DNA of 64,000 bases. Origin: Geodia barretti. Its lineage: Eukaryota. The stretch spans positions 18,733 to 82,732 of the forward strand of contig CASHTH010004028.1 of assembly GCA_030341885.1 (NCBI GenBank), given 5' to 3'. Shown here one piece after another: positions 10,701-22,460 of this stretch. Under the pieces are notes generated by a model that was not told where the DNA came from, ran no database searches, and saw nothing but the letters and a program-made list of their open reading frames with translations. A program made the position numbers and the translations under genes. Position 1 is the first letter of the stretch. The number at the start of each line of letters is the position of its first letter.

Positions 10701-13700
10701 ACCTCCAACAGCAGCAGTCTCAGTTGAGTGGCGGCGTCTCCTACTCCGTCTCGGGCTCTAACATGGCTGGAGTCAACCCTGCAGGTACTTACATGGTATT
10801 ACATAATAGTATCGGGGTCCCAGTCTTAACCCATTTTTTAAAGGAGGCATGCGGGGACGCTCTCAATAACGTGAAATCTAAATAGAGTTTTGGCTCTCTC
10901 TCAAAAAGTACTTACAAGACATGCAAAACAGTTGCACGTAATAGTTAATCTTTGTTCAAAGTTGCTATCTTCACTTGAGACCCAGAACAATAGCATAGCA
11001 CTGGATAATGCTGAAAACTTGAGAGAAAAGTGCATTCTCCAACCCATAAATTTGACTGTTTGGAATAGTGTGAATATCATATTGCAGCTATGCATGTAGT
11101 ATATACTGTGCTACATCAATGGTAGGTGGTCATTGAGACAAGTGTGGTGCTTGCACGCATTTATAGGAACAGTCTCTGTTCTTCCCATGTTGCCCGATAT
11201 GTTTTCCTTTTGTTGTGGATGTTCTGCCAGTATTCACTTCCTTTCAGGTCTGACTCACTTACAAACATGCTCACCCCTCCCCCTGAGCATTCCAGTCTCT
11301 TCGAAACACGTATTAGAGCATTCCACCTTCCTCTCTCTCTGTCTTCCCGTCTGTCCCTCCCCCTCGTTTCCCCTCTGTTTCTTCCTCTTTCCGCTCGCTT
11401 TCTCCCCCTTCCCACTCCCTCATTTCTCTCTCCCCCCTCTCTCCCTCTTCCCACTCCCTCATTTCTCTCTCCCCCTTTTCCCCCTATCTCCCTCCTCTCT
11501 CCCTCTTCCCACTCCCACATTTCTCTCTCCCCCCTCTCTCCCTCTTCCCACTCCCACATTTCTCTCTCCCCCTCCTTCTATGTACAGGTATGGGTATGAC
11601 TCGCCCCATGCAGCAGATGCAGCAGCCGGGTGGAGGAGGAAGCTACCAGACCTACCAGCAGGGAGGAGGGACCGCCCAGCAGATGCACCCCACCCAACAC
11701 CCTCACTATTCTCCCCACATGCACCGCACAGTGGGCGGGTCAATGCAGCATGGAATGCAACCGGGAATGCACCCCACCCAACGACCAATGATGGCAGGGG
11801 TTGCTCAGGGAATGGTACACGGTGGACCATATGGACACGCCCAACACCCAATGAGTGTACACAACTACCCACAGGTGAATTCACCATCCTTATAAATAAA
11901 AAACCTTGCAGCACAATAGCAATTTTTGTGAAGGAAACACAGTTGAATGAGTGCGTAATGCGCTGAACGTCCAGATATGTTTTGGGTGCAAGTTATGGGG
12001 TATATACAGCATGTCTCAACAACTTGGTAACGAGGTAGAAAGGCAAGGCAAGGCAAACAAGTGAACTACATGTACCTTTTCCCGATTGATGTCCTTTCAA
12101 TGTTTGGATGCCAACAGGTGCAAGGGTTCAATGGGTCGGAATGTACAGTACGCGCGTTGTGGTTATTTGGCTTGCATTCCTAGAGACCTTTCTCGCTAAC
12201 TACTTCATGTCTCTCTTTGCTCACGCACACTCTTTATTTCTTTCCCTTCCTTTTGTCTCTCCCTCCATATTTCCCCCTCCCTCCTCCTCCTTTCTCTCTC
12301 TCCAGAACGTAAACTATCAGTCCACACTTCAACCCGTGATGTCTGTAGCCAACCAGATGCACGGAATGGGGATACCGCAGCGCCAACCCTCAATCAACCC
12401 CTCTCTAATGAGACCCCAGCAGGGACCGATGGGGCGCGGAATGCCGGGGATGGCCGGGGGAGGCATGATGCAGCAGCACAGCGGGCCTGGGGCGATGGCG
12501 ATGACGATGGGAGAGGGGAATGGGGATGGGGGGAGGATACCGGCGGGGATGGGGAGGGTGGGCGGAGTGTACGGAGGACCGATGGTCCAGCAGGTTCAGA
12601 CTGGGTTACGTCAGACATCATGGGAGTGTCCAGCCGGTGATGGCGGTCCCAAACCCTCCTACCTCCCTGCTTCTTTCCGTCGGGGGATAAGACAGCCTGC
12701 ACCTCCATATGACTCTGTCGGGTGAGCATCATATAGAATCACATGATGACTCTGTAGGGGTGGGCATCATATAGAATGACTCTGTAGGGGTGAGCATCAT
12801 ATAGAATGGAGTGCACTTTGAGAATCTACCAGACTTACTTGAAGCTGTGTAATAGAGATGGATCATAAACCATATAAAGTGAAGTCCTTTTAGATTTGTG
12901 TGCTTACCTATGGTATATGCTGTTGCGCTTTGTTTTTGCTGCAGCGACTGCTGTGTGCACCTGTGTAGCTATCCCACCCCTTCGTTTATTTTGTGCACAC
13001 ACATGCACGTGCGCACACACCCACACAGCCTCCAGCCTCCAGCAGTGCAGTCTCCAACCCCTCAGCCGCCACCTCCTCGTCCAATGCTCCCTCTCTCCCT
13101 CCCGCTTCCTCCGCTCCACCCTCCTCCTCTTCCTCCCAGCCACAGTCATCTCTCCCTCACCCCCACCCTCCTCCCTCCACCTCAGCCTCAGCTACTGCCA
13201 TGAATTATCTACAGGTATAAAACATACTTCTATTACAATACATTATTTGTCATAAGTCAAGACGACAATTGGTTAGGTAACAGTGTTGTGGTGTTTAACT
13301 TTGACCCATTGAAATTAATGCAAGTTCTTGTTGTATGCATGTGCGCAAGGGGCTGTGTGGCGATGCAAACGCAGCCCGGCACAAGACTACTGCATCATAA
13401 CTGAAGCTAGCAGAAGCGCACGGAAGAATGTAAGCCAGGCTGCGCAAAACTCAATCAGTGCATAGCATCATTGTATTGTTTGCTGTTGTACTACGTTCAT
13501 TATCAGAACATGTTGCGAAGCTGGTTGTTCTCTGCCCTGTGTTTGTAAGTTATCATCCCATTACGAACTCACCTGTCATCTTCCAGTCGCAGCCTGTCCC
13601 ATCGCCTGCCCCTCCTCCCACTCCACTCCTCCCTGCCTCCCCGGCAACCAGCATCGGAAGCCCCGCCCACTCCACGGTCACTCCGGAAGAAAACGAGGCG

Positions 13701-15402
13701 TACCTTCGGACGCACCACGAGCTCCAGGTCTACCTCCCGCTCCTCACTCGCATGATGAACCGCACACTGAAGAAAGAGGGTGAAGACGCCCACAAGTCAG
13801 AGCAGTATATGAAACTCAAGAGCCTCCACAGTTTATTGCAGGACGACAAGAAGAGGTGACTTTCTCCTCTCCACCCCTCTCTCTTCTCCTTCCGTTTTCT
13901 CTGTCCTTATATTTTTAAATTTGCTTTCTTTTTCTGAATTTCACTACTGTATGTTCATTGCTACTGTCGAGCGAGGCGTTTAGAAGAACGGATATCTGGC
14001 GAAAAGAAACTTTACAATAGTCCACACCCACAGAATGCCCCCTCTAAACTTAGCATTTTGCTACATTGTCAAGTAGGCGTAAACAAACATGAATTTAAGT
14101 GTACACGAACTAACCATGACCAAAAATGCGACACACAGGGTCCCTCTCCCGACTCTCATCAAATGCAAGACGGCCCTTGAGAAGATGTTTGAGCAGCAGC
14201 AGCTGAGAGAACACCTGGACTCCACCTCTTCGCAGCCGCCTCCCTCCAACCCCCCTTCCGTCGCCCCCGCGCCCCCTGCGACCTCGTCCGCAGCGAACCA
14301 CACCCTCGTCGACCCCTCAACCAAACCCCTCCCGGAGCCAAAATCTCAGTCGCTACTAGAGTTCAAAATGATTCCTTCACCGACCCCAACACTAGGGAAC
14401 CTCATAGAGACATGTACTGTCCGCTCACATCCGTTCCCCGCTGACCGTCTTCCTCCCTCCAAGAGGATGTGCAATAGAGGTAGGGTTTGTTGATACATTA
14501 CACTACAGGTTTAATGGTGTGTTGTGTTGTGTATACATCGTGTACTGTTTGTGGACAAAAACGTGGTCCGTGATACCACCGATTTAATGCTAAAGTTTGT
14601 CTGAGAAAAGCTCATAGTGTTGCTAGTATGCCCCTCTTGCTACTTGGGTTGTTATTGATGTTCACTCTACTATTCTGCTCTCCCACAGTTGAGCCAGCAA
14701 TATCTCTCTGTCTGAGTAGAGAGATTGCCCATCTGGGTGGGGTCAAAGTTCACCCACTCCCCCAGGAGGAGCAGACCCGAGGGACCATGCTAGAGTGCAG
14801 CATCGGTCAGTCCACGCCTCTTTTCTCTTCCTCCCCCTCTCCTCTTTACTCCTTCTCTTCGTTGTGTGCACATAATAATGTCAGAGTATCCCATAATATG
14901 GGAAAACTATTAATTTGTTCCAGCAGTGCACTTTTCGTTTCTGTTTCTTGCAGTTTTTTTCGTTGGTCTTGCGTTTTGATTTTCTACAGTTGAGGTTCGT
15001 CTAGACTACAATTTGCATTGTTTGCGCTTGTGCTTAGACCAACAAGAGACGAATATCAACCAACAAAGGACGAAAATCAAATTTTATGACCAACAAAAAC
15101 GAAAAAAGTGCACTACTATATTATTATACCATCGTAAAGATTCTGATTTCTGTTCACACAGTGGATGAGGACCTGCCCAAAGTCCCCTCGCTAACCGTCC
15201 GTATTCCTCCGGGGTACCCCGACTACTCCCCGGAGTGTGACCTGGAGTCGTACGGGGGAGGAGACCCCACCCCGCTCCTCTCGGAGGTCGGGAAGCTTCT
15301 GGCGGACACCCTGGCCTGCTGCTGTGACAGCTACAAACCCTCTCCTTCCTGCTGTCCAGCTGGGAGACCAGCCTTCTCAAGGCCCTCTCTTCCCAGTTCT
15401 GA
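7779..15402 (+). CDS. MED15: Mediator complex subunit 15, left-arm copy, about 13 exons; KIX-like 5' exons, Q/M/P-rich middle, conserved C-terminal region; frameshifts at about 12590 and about 15335 relative to the right copy
   Basis: Approximate exons: 7779-7849, 8344-8444 (KIX-like ..EEAIRNYPG..NPTDVENNLFDQSRNS), about 9554-9625, about 10639-10787, about 11588-11876, about 12306-12723, about 13027-13213, about 13584-13857 (..PEENEAYLRTHHELQVYLPLLTRMMNRTLKKEGEDAHKSEQYMKLKSLHSLLQDDKKR), about 14137-14482 (RVPLPTLIKCKTALEKMFEQQQL..), about 14690-14806 (EIAHLGGVKVHPLPQEEQTRGTMLECSI), 15150-15402 (VDEDLPKVPSLTVRIPPGYPDYSP..). These regions parallel the conserved human MED15 C-terminal half. Confidence 0.7.
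8234..8243. promoter_or_regulatory. Perfect GCGCATGCGC (NRF-1 type) palindrome in a CpG-rich block inside MED15 intron 1; mirror at 36978-36987
   Basis: Direct reading. The same decamer occurs at 18124-18133 (mirror 27035-27044), 22557-22566 and, as a 9/10 match, at 54876-54885, always in putative promoter positions. Confidence 0.4.
9628..9880. repeat. Two copies of a roughly 125-bp diverged tandem duplication in a MED15 intron; mirror at about 35400-35620
   Basis: aaccttagtttc[tc]ccg..ccaaagt[t]cccc..aattttctt..ggccag.cacaga.. appears twice. The ORF 9613-10044(-) contains an internal protein repeat as an artefact. Confidence 0.7.
12725..12812. repeat. Three copies of a roughly 30-bp tandem repeat (gagcatcatatagaatgactctgtaggggt) in a MED15 intron; mirror at 32428-32525
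   Basis: Direct reading. Confidence 0.8.
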
Positions 15403-15559
15403 CATTCATTCCCCTCCTTCCCCTTTCTCCTCATTTTCCTTCCCTCCCAACCTCCTTCACTCCTGATGCCTGTGTAATTATATACTCCCATACGCATGAA
15501 CTCTTTTCTCTCTCTCTCCTTTCTTCTCTTCATTTGGCATAATGCATGTTTGCCCCTCT

Positions 15560-15565
15560 AATAAA
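15560..15565 (+). terminator. AATAAA polyadenylation signal about 160 nt downstream of the MED15 stop
   Basis: ctctaataaatttc follows the TGA at 15400-15402. Confidence 0.3.
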
Positions 15566-16029
15566 TTTCAATCTGACTGTCGAACTATAATGTAGAACAA
15601 GTGCTACACGTTGTTTTAGCGAGCCAATGGCAAGTATACATGTAGGTCAGCTGCTCATGAATAATAGTGCATGTGCGTTGTTAAAAAATGTGACAGCAAC
15701 ATTTTAAACCTGCAAGTGTGACAACGGTTTAGGGAAGCACGCCATAGACACAGCTTCTCAGGGACAATAGTGGATGTGCTGTGTTTAAAAAACCCACATG
15801 TGTAACTATATTCTACAGTTTTTGAAACCACTACATAGGTGCACTTATTTGAATTGCAACACTTGTGGAAGTATAATGTTGTACTGCTGACATAGTACTA
15901 CAGATCATGTGCCATGAGAGCAGTATAGGTGGTGTGATGAAAAAGGAAGAGCCTACTGCATTTTGCACAAATCACACAATACACAACTAAAACAATACCT
16001 TGAAAAACAAAAAAAATAAAGGGGGGGGG

Positions 16030-18088
16030 CTAGATTTCATCTTCGTCTGACTCATTTAGTAGCATTTCCCTCTCAGCCCGTCCACTCTTGGGCAGTCCGT
16101 ACTCTGGAATAGCCACGCTCACTCCATCGCTCCCTCCATCGGCGTCCAGCTGCTCCCCGTACGAGAACGGGAAAAACTTGCTCACCGACTTGTACCTGGC
16201 CCGCCGTCTCCTCCGGCGAGTTGCACTGCAGCAGCACAGATTCAAGGCAGACACGAGGATCACAAGTAGGAGCGCGGCTCCAGCAACACACATCAGGACG
16301 GTGTAGCCGAAATGGTGGTGGAGCGGGAGATTGCTAGCTGGGGCTGGGTTGAAGGTAGGAGTGGGGGGGAGGCTACAGTCTGAGTCTGTTTTGTTGTGAG
16401 ATGAATTGGTAGAGGTGGCAGTGTTGGGACAGGTAGGCTTGCTGGAGTTGGTGGTGTTAGTGGAGGAAGGGAGGATGGTGGTGGGAGGAGGAGGTGAGGG
16501 ACAGACAGCCTCGTCTCCATTCAACAATTCCACCTTGTCTGCTGGTTGAATCAACCCTGCAACGGAAGGTTATAAGACAAGGAGTGTTATATATACCATG
16601 GGAACATTTGGTAAGGGTGAAGACATTGGCACAGAAAACATGGAGACGATTAGCAAGTGTACTACTATAATAGTATATACCTTCATCGTAGGTGCCATCA
16701 TTAGCGAACTCTGCCGTTTGAGGAGTGCGTAGTGCATGTGACTCCACCCATTTTTTGATCGCTTCCGACTCCACCCACTTTACTCGGAGGACACACCCCC
16801 AAGACACAACAGCCATTGGCTGCAGCGGAGAAATAGTCGAAGATTAGCAGTAAAACTATGTCATGGATTTTGACCAGAAACCAAGTTTGATTTCTTAGCC
16901 CCGAAGCACCCAAACAAGGAAAAAATATTGCACCCTACAAAAAAATGATAATTCTCCAGCAACCTTTCAACAGTTCGACTCCTTGGAGAAATTCACACTA
17001 ATTGTTTGTTAGGCAACGGCATCTTTACATTATTAAAGGAATAAAGCAGCCATTATCTATCCGTACTATTGCTATGGTACTAGAAATGGATTGAGCATAA
17101 ACAAGATGCAGCAAGCTTTTGGACACCTGCCAATCTCCAGCTAACGAGGGTATGTGTGGCTAACCCATTCAGAGTCCAGGAGAGGGTAAGGGGAGACGAA
17201 ATGGCGCCACAGACAGCTCCGAGCCAGCTGCTTCAACTGGGAGACCTGGTCAGGAGGGGTGCATGGGTGGTAGAGGAATACCACCGCACCGTACTGTATA
17301 TAGGAGGGAGAGAGCACATATACTGTCATAGTAGGATACATTCAGTAAACATTCACAGTTTAACGCTATCTGATATTGTTTTTCTCTTCCCACTAGAAAG
17401 CCTATAGTTGTAGAAAGAGAGATGTCTATACCTGGAGGGCAGAGAGCCATCTCTGAGGTGGCAGATATTCATATGTCCCATACTTTGGCCTCAGAGGTCG
17501 ATAGTCTCCACTGGAGTTAGAAGAAGAGGAATAGTATAATGAGAGAATGCAAAAATAAGTAAAACTTCCACTTGCCTTGAAGGTGGATGTTCAGTGTAAG
17601 TCAAATGAACATCTGTACATTTGGATTTGCCTGCGAGAGAGATGACACGGTAAAAGCTTTGCACACGTGTGCTGAAGTGTAGAACTCACTTCGTGGAGTG
17701 TAGGAGAGCAACTTTGCTTTGAAGACGGCTGTACAAACTGCATACGAAAACATGATTTGCTAATCTTATTTCTGGACATAGCTTTGAGCGCGTTCTACCG
17801 TACCTCCGGGGTTCGAAGTGCTGTCCCGAACAGGAGGTCCACTGTTCCAGGTCCTCTGTGTCTTTACCGACCTAGTGGACCAACGTGACGCACGCTCATT
17901 GGGCAGAATGGCAAACCTACGGTCATGTTTTACTGTAGCCCCACCTTGCCGTCGTCACAAGGGACGGTGATTTCGGCCGTTTGAGAGGACTCGTCTCCCG
18001 GAATAGCTGATGGTAGGAGAGACAGAAGAAGACACAAGCCCGGAACGAGGCAACGACGCCGACGTGAGAACAAGAAAGCCATCGCCAT
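16030..18088 (-). CDS. Uncharacterised single-pass type I membrane protein, left-arm copy: signal peptide, Cys-containing ectodomain exons, S/T/P-rich mucin-like stalk, TM helix, polybasic and acidic tail
   Basis: Exon 1 around 18088 reads MAMAFLFSRRRRCLVPGLCLLLSLLPSAIPG, a signal peptide. The last exon 16030-16556 reads ..PSPPPPTTILPSSTNTTNSS..FGYTVLMCVAGAALLLVILVSALNLCCC..RRRRRRARYK..ESDEDEI. Internal exons are supported by mirrored ORFs and GT-AG sites. No family was recognised. Confidence 0.5.
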
Positions 18089-18188
18089 TATTTGTTTATG
18101 GTTGACGTAATGCCGAATAATCTTGCGCATGCGCACATGCAAAAGGCAGCTGAGAGAACAGGTCAATCACCGAACACTGACGCAGCAT

Positions 18189-21100
18189 TTAAGCATAACA
18201 AAAGTATACTGTTGTAAAAGCTATCGTGTTGTCAAGGCTTTGAGTCATGATCTGAGAGGCATAGAGTATGTGGACCCGAACCAGGTCCAGCTGCTCTCTG
18301 ACAAGGTCCCAGCTGCCACCCCACTCCATGGCCGCAAAGATGGCATCAGACACACCGGGAAACAGAGAGCTGCCGTACTGGTTGACTGAGCTGGGCGCAT
18401 AAACCACATGCCTGCATAGGAGACGGAAATTCACACAATACCTAATACACCCACAACAACATGTGTGCTCCAATTTTCAGTTTTCTATATAGCCAGACCC
18501 TCAACTTTCTTTGGACCCTAAAGGCTCTCCCACCTCTGTCTATAACCATCTCTAACTTGTAGTAAGGTCTTCCAGGGAGACCCTCTGGTACAATGAAGGC
18601 TCTCTCCAACTGCATCAGTTGATCGTTGAGTCTCCTGACACGACTGAGGTCACTGGGGTCACCTGACACCTTCTGTAACTCCTCCCACAGACATTCGGCG
18701 GACATCGTGAACTCTCTGATGGAGCTGTTGAGGTAATCTGTATAATAGAGAAAGTCATCTGGAGGATGGGTATGTTCATAAATTGCCTGTGTGGGTGACA
18801 AAAAAGAGGAAAAACTTGTTGGGAAGTCTAACACAGAAAAATGTAGTGGGAAATCAGCGAATTAAATTCATGAGTTTCGTTCTCATAAAAGTAACCATTT
18901 AAGGGAGGATCAAATTATTACTCATCAAGAGAGAGGGGGAGAAAGAGAGAAAGGGCTGAAGGAACCTACCAAGACTTATGTTCTGGGAAGACAGAACCTC
19001 TCCATACTCTTCCACCAATCCCGCCATGATGTTTGTGAGTGCAGTGGAGTAGTCTCTGGGGTCGTAGGGGAGGACGGGGGAGGTGGCAAGAGAGAGGGCC
19101 ACCTTACCCCACACCAGACCCACGGCTGTGTGGTGGGAGAAGGATGGGTCCGTCAGGTTGGCCTCGTAGAAGAAGTTGTCGTGGACTGAGTGATACACTG
19201 GGTACCCTATGGGGTCCTATACAGAGAGAGAGAGCAGAATAAGCAATGAAACACAAATTTTCCTGAAGTGTGTACTGATTCTTAGTGTGCGTAAGGTTCA
19301 GAGCATGCTATATACTAGAAGATCAAAGGGGAAAGAAAGAGAGGGAATCTTACAAAGTATCTGTAGTTCATGTCAGAGCAGGTGATGCCAAAACCTTGCA
19401 GGAAGGAGGTATAGTCACTGCCTGAGCCAAGACCAGGGACTCTGTAGAGGAGAGGAGACAGTGGCTGGAGCTGTCACCAGGAGACAGTGGAGGACTAGAG
19501 TCAACTCACTGAGGAGCGCTGTTGGTGGGGTTTGGTTGGTAGTGGAGCCACTCGTCATAGACTGTGGCAAAACCTTTGTTGGGGCACTTGGTCTACAGAG
19601 ACACAACTCAATAAGACAGCGTATTAATAAAAGCACTCTCACTGTTTTGGTTGCAGTGTAGATAGGCTGGATGAGAAGTGGGGTGGCAGCAGCATTGAAA
19701 GAGTATATCCCTGTGATATACAGAGAGAAATTGGGTGTTTATCCCGACCCACAAATTTTGCAGAGAAAATTATCAATCTGCATAATATTAGCTAGAAATC
19801 TTTAGCTGTAGACTGTAGACTAGCTTTACCATCAATGGCAACATCCACATTCAGGTAGGCTACAGCATTGGCTCCCAGGATCTTTGCATGTTCCTTCAGA
19901 GGAGAAGAAAGAGGAAAGTCTGAGTGGTCACATCATGTGGTGGTGCCACAGTATGTATCGATACCTCAGTCCATTCGTAGGATCCAATCAGTCCATATTC
20001 CTCTGCATCCCAACTGCAGAGGAGAATGGTTCGACCTGGTCTCCAGTCTGGGGACAGACAGAGAGAGAGATGAGCACCTTCACCGTGACACCCAGTCTGG
20101 TGACTGCGGTCCAGGGGGCTCTGACCTTTGCTGCGGAGGTCACTGAGAGCTCTGGCCAGCTCCATGAGTACTGCAGTCCCAGAGTTTGGGTCCACTGCTC
20201 CAAATGTCCAGGCATCGTGGTGGTTACCCAGCAGAACGTAGCGATCTGACAGACAAACAGGCAAAGGAAAAGAAAATAGCCCCAGAGCACATAGCTACAA
20301 CAGTGTTCTCATATTCAGTGTGGAGTTTGTCTAAGGCAAAGGCCGTGACACAGAAGGCAAAGAGATGGTTCAGTGACTAACCTGGCTCCACTGATCCATA
20401 CACTGTAGCAATGACATTAGTGATGTTCCTATGAACCAGGTAGTTGTTGACTTCAAGATACGTCTCACTGCAGCAGACGCACAGAGACTAAAACCCCCTC
20501 TCTTCCTTCCTCCCTCCCTCCATACTTTGTGTTGTTGGGTGACTGGAGGATGTAGTAGCAGGACAGGTTCAGCTGACCAGTCCAGTTGAGGTTGACAGGG
20601 GCTCGGTACTCAGTCAGTTGGCTGCAACAATACACATGAAACACTCAACCACTAGACAGCAATAGCACAATTCTCTGCATCACTAAATCTCGAGCTATAG
20701 TAGAAGATTCAACATGTTATAGTTAATCTGTCAAACTTCATGAAGTGGATGGCATCTCCATAAGAGATGGGTTGTACTGGGATACTGGGAGCGTATCCTT
20801 TCTTCACCACATCTTCCTCATAGTCTCTCCTGAATATCCCTGGAATTGCAGGGACCCCCGGAGTCAGGGGGTCGCCGTTTCTCTGGAACAGTGATCCTCG
20901 TTGCACCCCGGAGGGTGGGAGACTGGTGCCGTTGGGGAAGACCAGGGGACCACCTCTGGGGGCATAATCCGCGGGGTCAGAGTAGATGATGACTCCAATA
21001 CCCCACTTTGCTCTGCCAGGTAGGCCTACAGGTCAACATGGGACACACTCAATAGCTAGATGGGGAAAACCTTTTGAAGGGAAACATTATGCACAGTTTG

Positions 21101-22460
21101 GTAAACATTTGCAGCAAAATGTTTTTCTTAGAAAAAATTGGCACAGTGATCCCAATAGCCAAATTCTTTGCTAGTTTTATAGTATGCACAAAGCAAATGA
21201 AACTCCATTAGTGACATGACAATTTGGATGGTAAAATTTGCACTCTTTCAGTATTGAGGGTAACCTTATCTCCACGGTAGATTTTTCCATAGCGTATGAT
21301 GCAGACGTATCCGTCCAGACTGATATTGAGAGTAGTGTTGAGATAGTAAAAGTCCTCCAGTCTACCATAGTTAACATACACCAGAGGACCCTGCCAATAG
21401 AAAGAGAGAGATGGTAACAGGTGAAGATATGTGGTCCAGTGGTTGTCTTACAGAGACGTTCCCAGTGCCAGAGTAGGCATTAAAAGGAGGAGCGACGGAG
21501 GGATCTCTCTCCTGTGGCAGCAGAGGTTTCTCCTGGCGGGTAGCTGCAGTGTAGACCACCTTCCCCCCCGACTCCCGCAGCTCCAGTCTGTTGGGACTAC
21601 TGCTGTTCCCTGGGTACTGCAGCAGGACCGTGTAGTTGGCCAGCTCCACTCGGTCAAAGGTCTTGTAGCCCTTCCAGCGATTGTAGATCAACATGGCCAC
21701 TTCCATATCACTGACATTGCCCGCGATGTGAGGTTTCTCTGTCAGCTCCCTGCATCAGGACGCACAATAATCACAGGGTTTTCTTATAACAACGCATTGC
21801 CATCATTATCCTCCCTCAGTGCCTACAACCAAACTACCTAGACATTATTTTCAGTTATGTTCACTGCCGGGAAACGCTTGGGCTTTTCAGTAATTTACCA
21901 CAGTCTTTAAAGGAAACCCTAAGCAGGTATGCCACAAATGCTGCAGTCAAGGCCTTTTAATTGATGAACCTCAGCCTCTTTCTAAGTCCTATAGCTGCGA
22001 AGCTCCTTTGTTATTTCCTTGGATGCTGGAAAGTGGCTAAAAGGTTAATGTGCTTGGACAATTATTAGACTGAGAGCTTTTTTGGCTACCTGTGCAGATC
22101 TAAAGAGGTAGCTATACCTCAGGTTTTCCTTGATGTTCTCAGGCTGTAGCTCAGCATCCAGCCATTCAGTCACGGGCACCGTTTTACCTCCGCTCAACGT
22201 CACGTTCCCGCCCCAGTTTGGAAGAGTGCTGGACGCGCGTTACTGCACGAAGCGTTCACGCTCGCAGAGCTTGAAGAGCCGTAGATTACTTTCCCCGCGA
22301 GCAGGCCCCCTGCGAACCCAGCTCCTAACAGCAGGACCGTGACCACCACCGTGGTGCAGACGAAGACCGCTGCCACCGGCCATTTCTTCCTCTCCCCGCG
22401 CCCCGGGGCCTTGATGACGGTGGGATCGAGGAGGTCTCTGTCTTCTCCGCTATCGTCCAT
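18189..22460 (-). CDS. Glutamate carboxypeptidase II / NAALADase-like (transferrin-receptor-like M28 peptidase) paralog A, 15 exons, mirror of paralog B but with its own first exon
   Basis: Exon 1 is 22117-22460 ([11 protein letters not shown] helix [44 protein letters not shown]), with one internal frame break. Downstream exons mirror copy B and carry the GCPII motifs [132 protein letters not shown]. The stop is TAA at 18189-18191, five codons later than copy B because of a TAC/TAA difference. Confidence 0.8.

Larger units (their letters stand above)
1..21770. repeat. Left arm of large inverted repeat (palindrome); mirror of about 23320-45277; truncated by window start
   Basis: Reverse complement of 1-150 aligns to 45110-45277. 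ORF-track proteins recur on opposite strands with coordinate sums of about 45100-45250, for example 2197-2598(-) equals 42610-43011(+) and 13458-13859(+) equals 31391-31792(-). Collinearity was verified through every gene. Confidence 0.92.
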
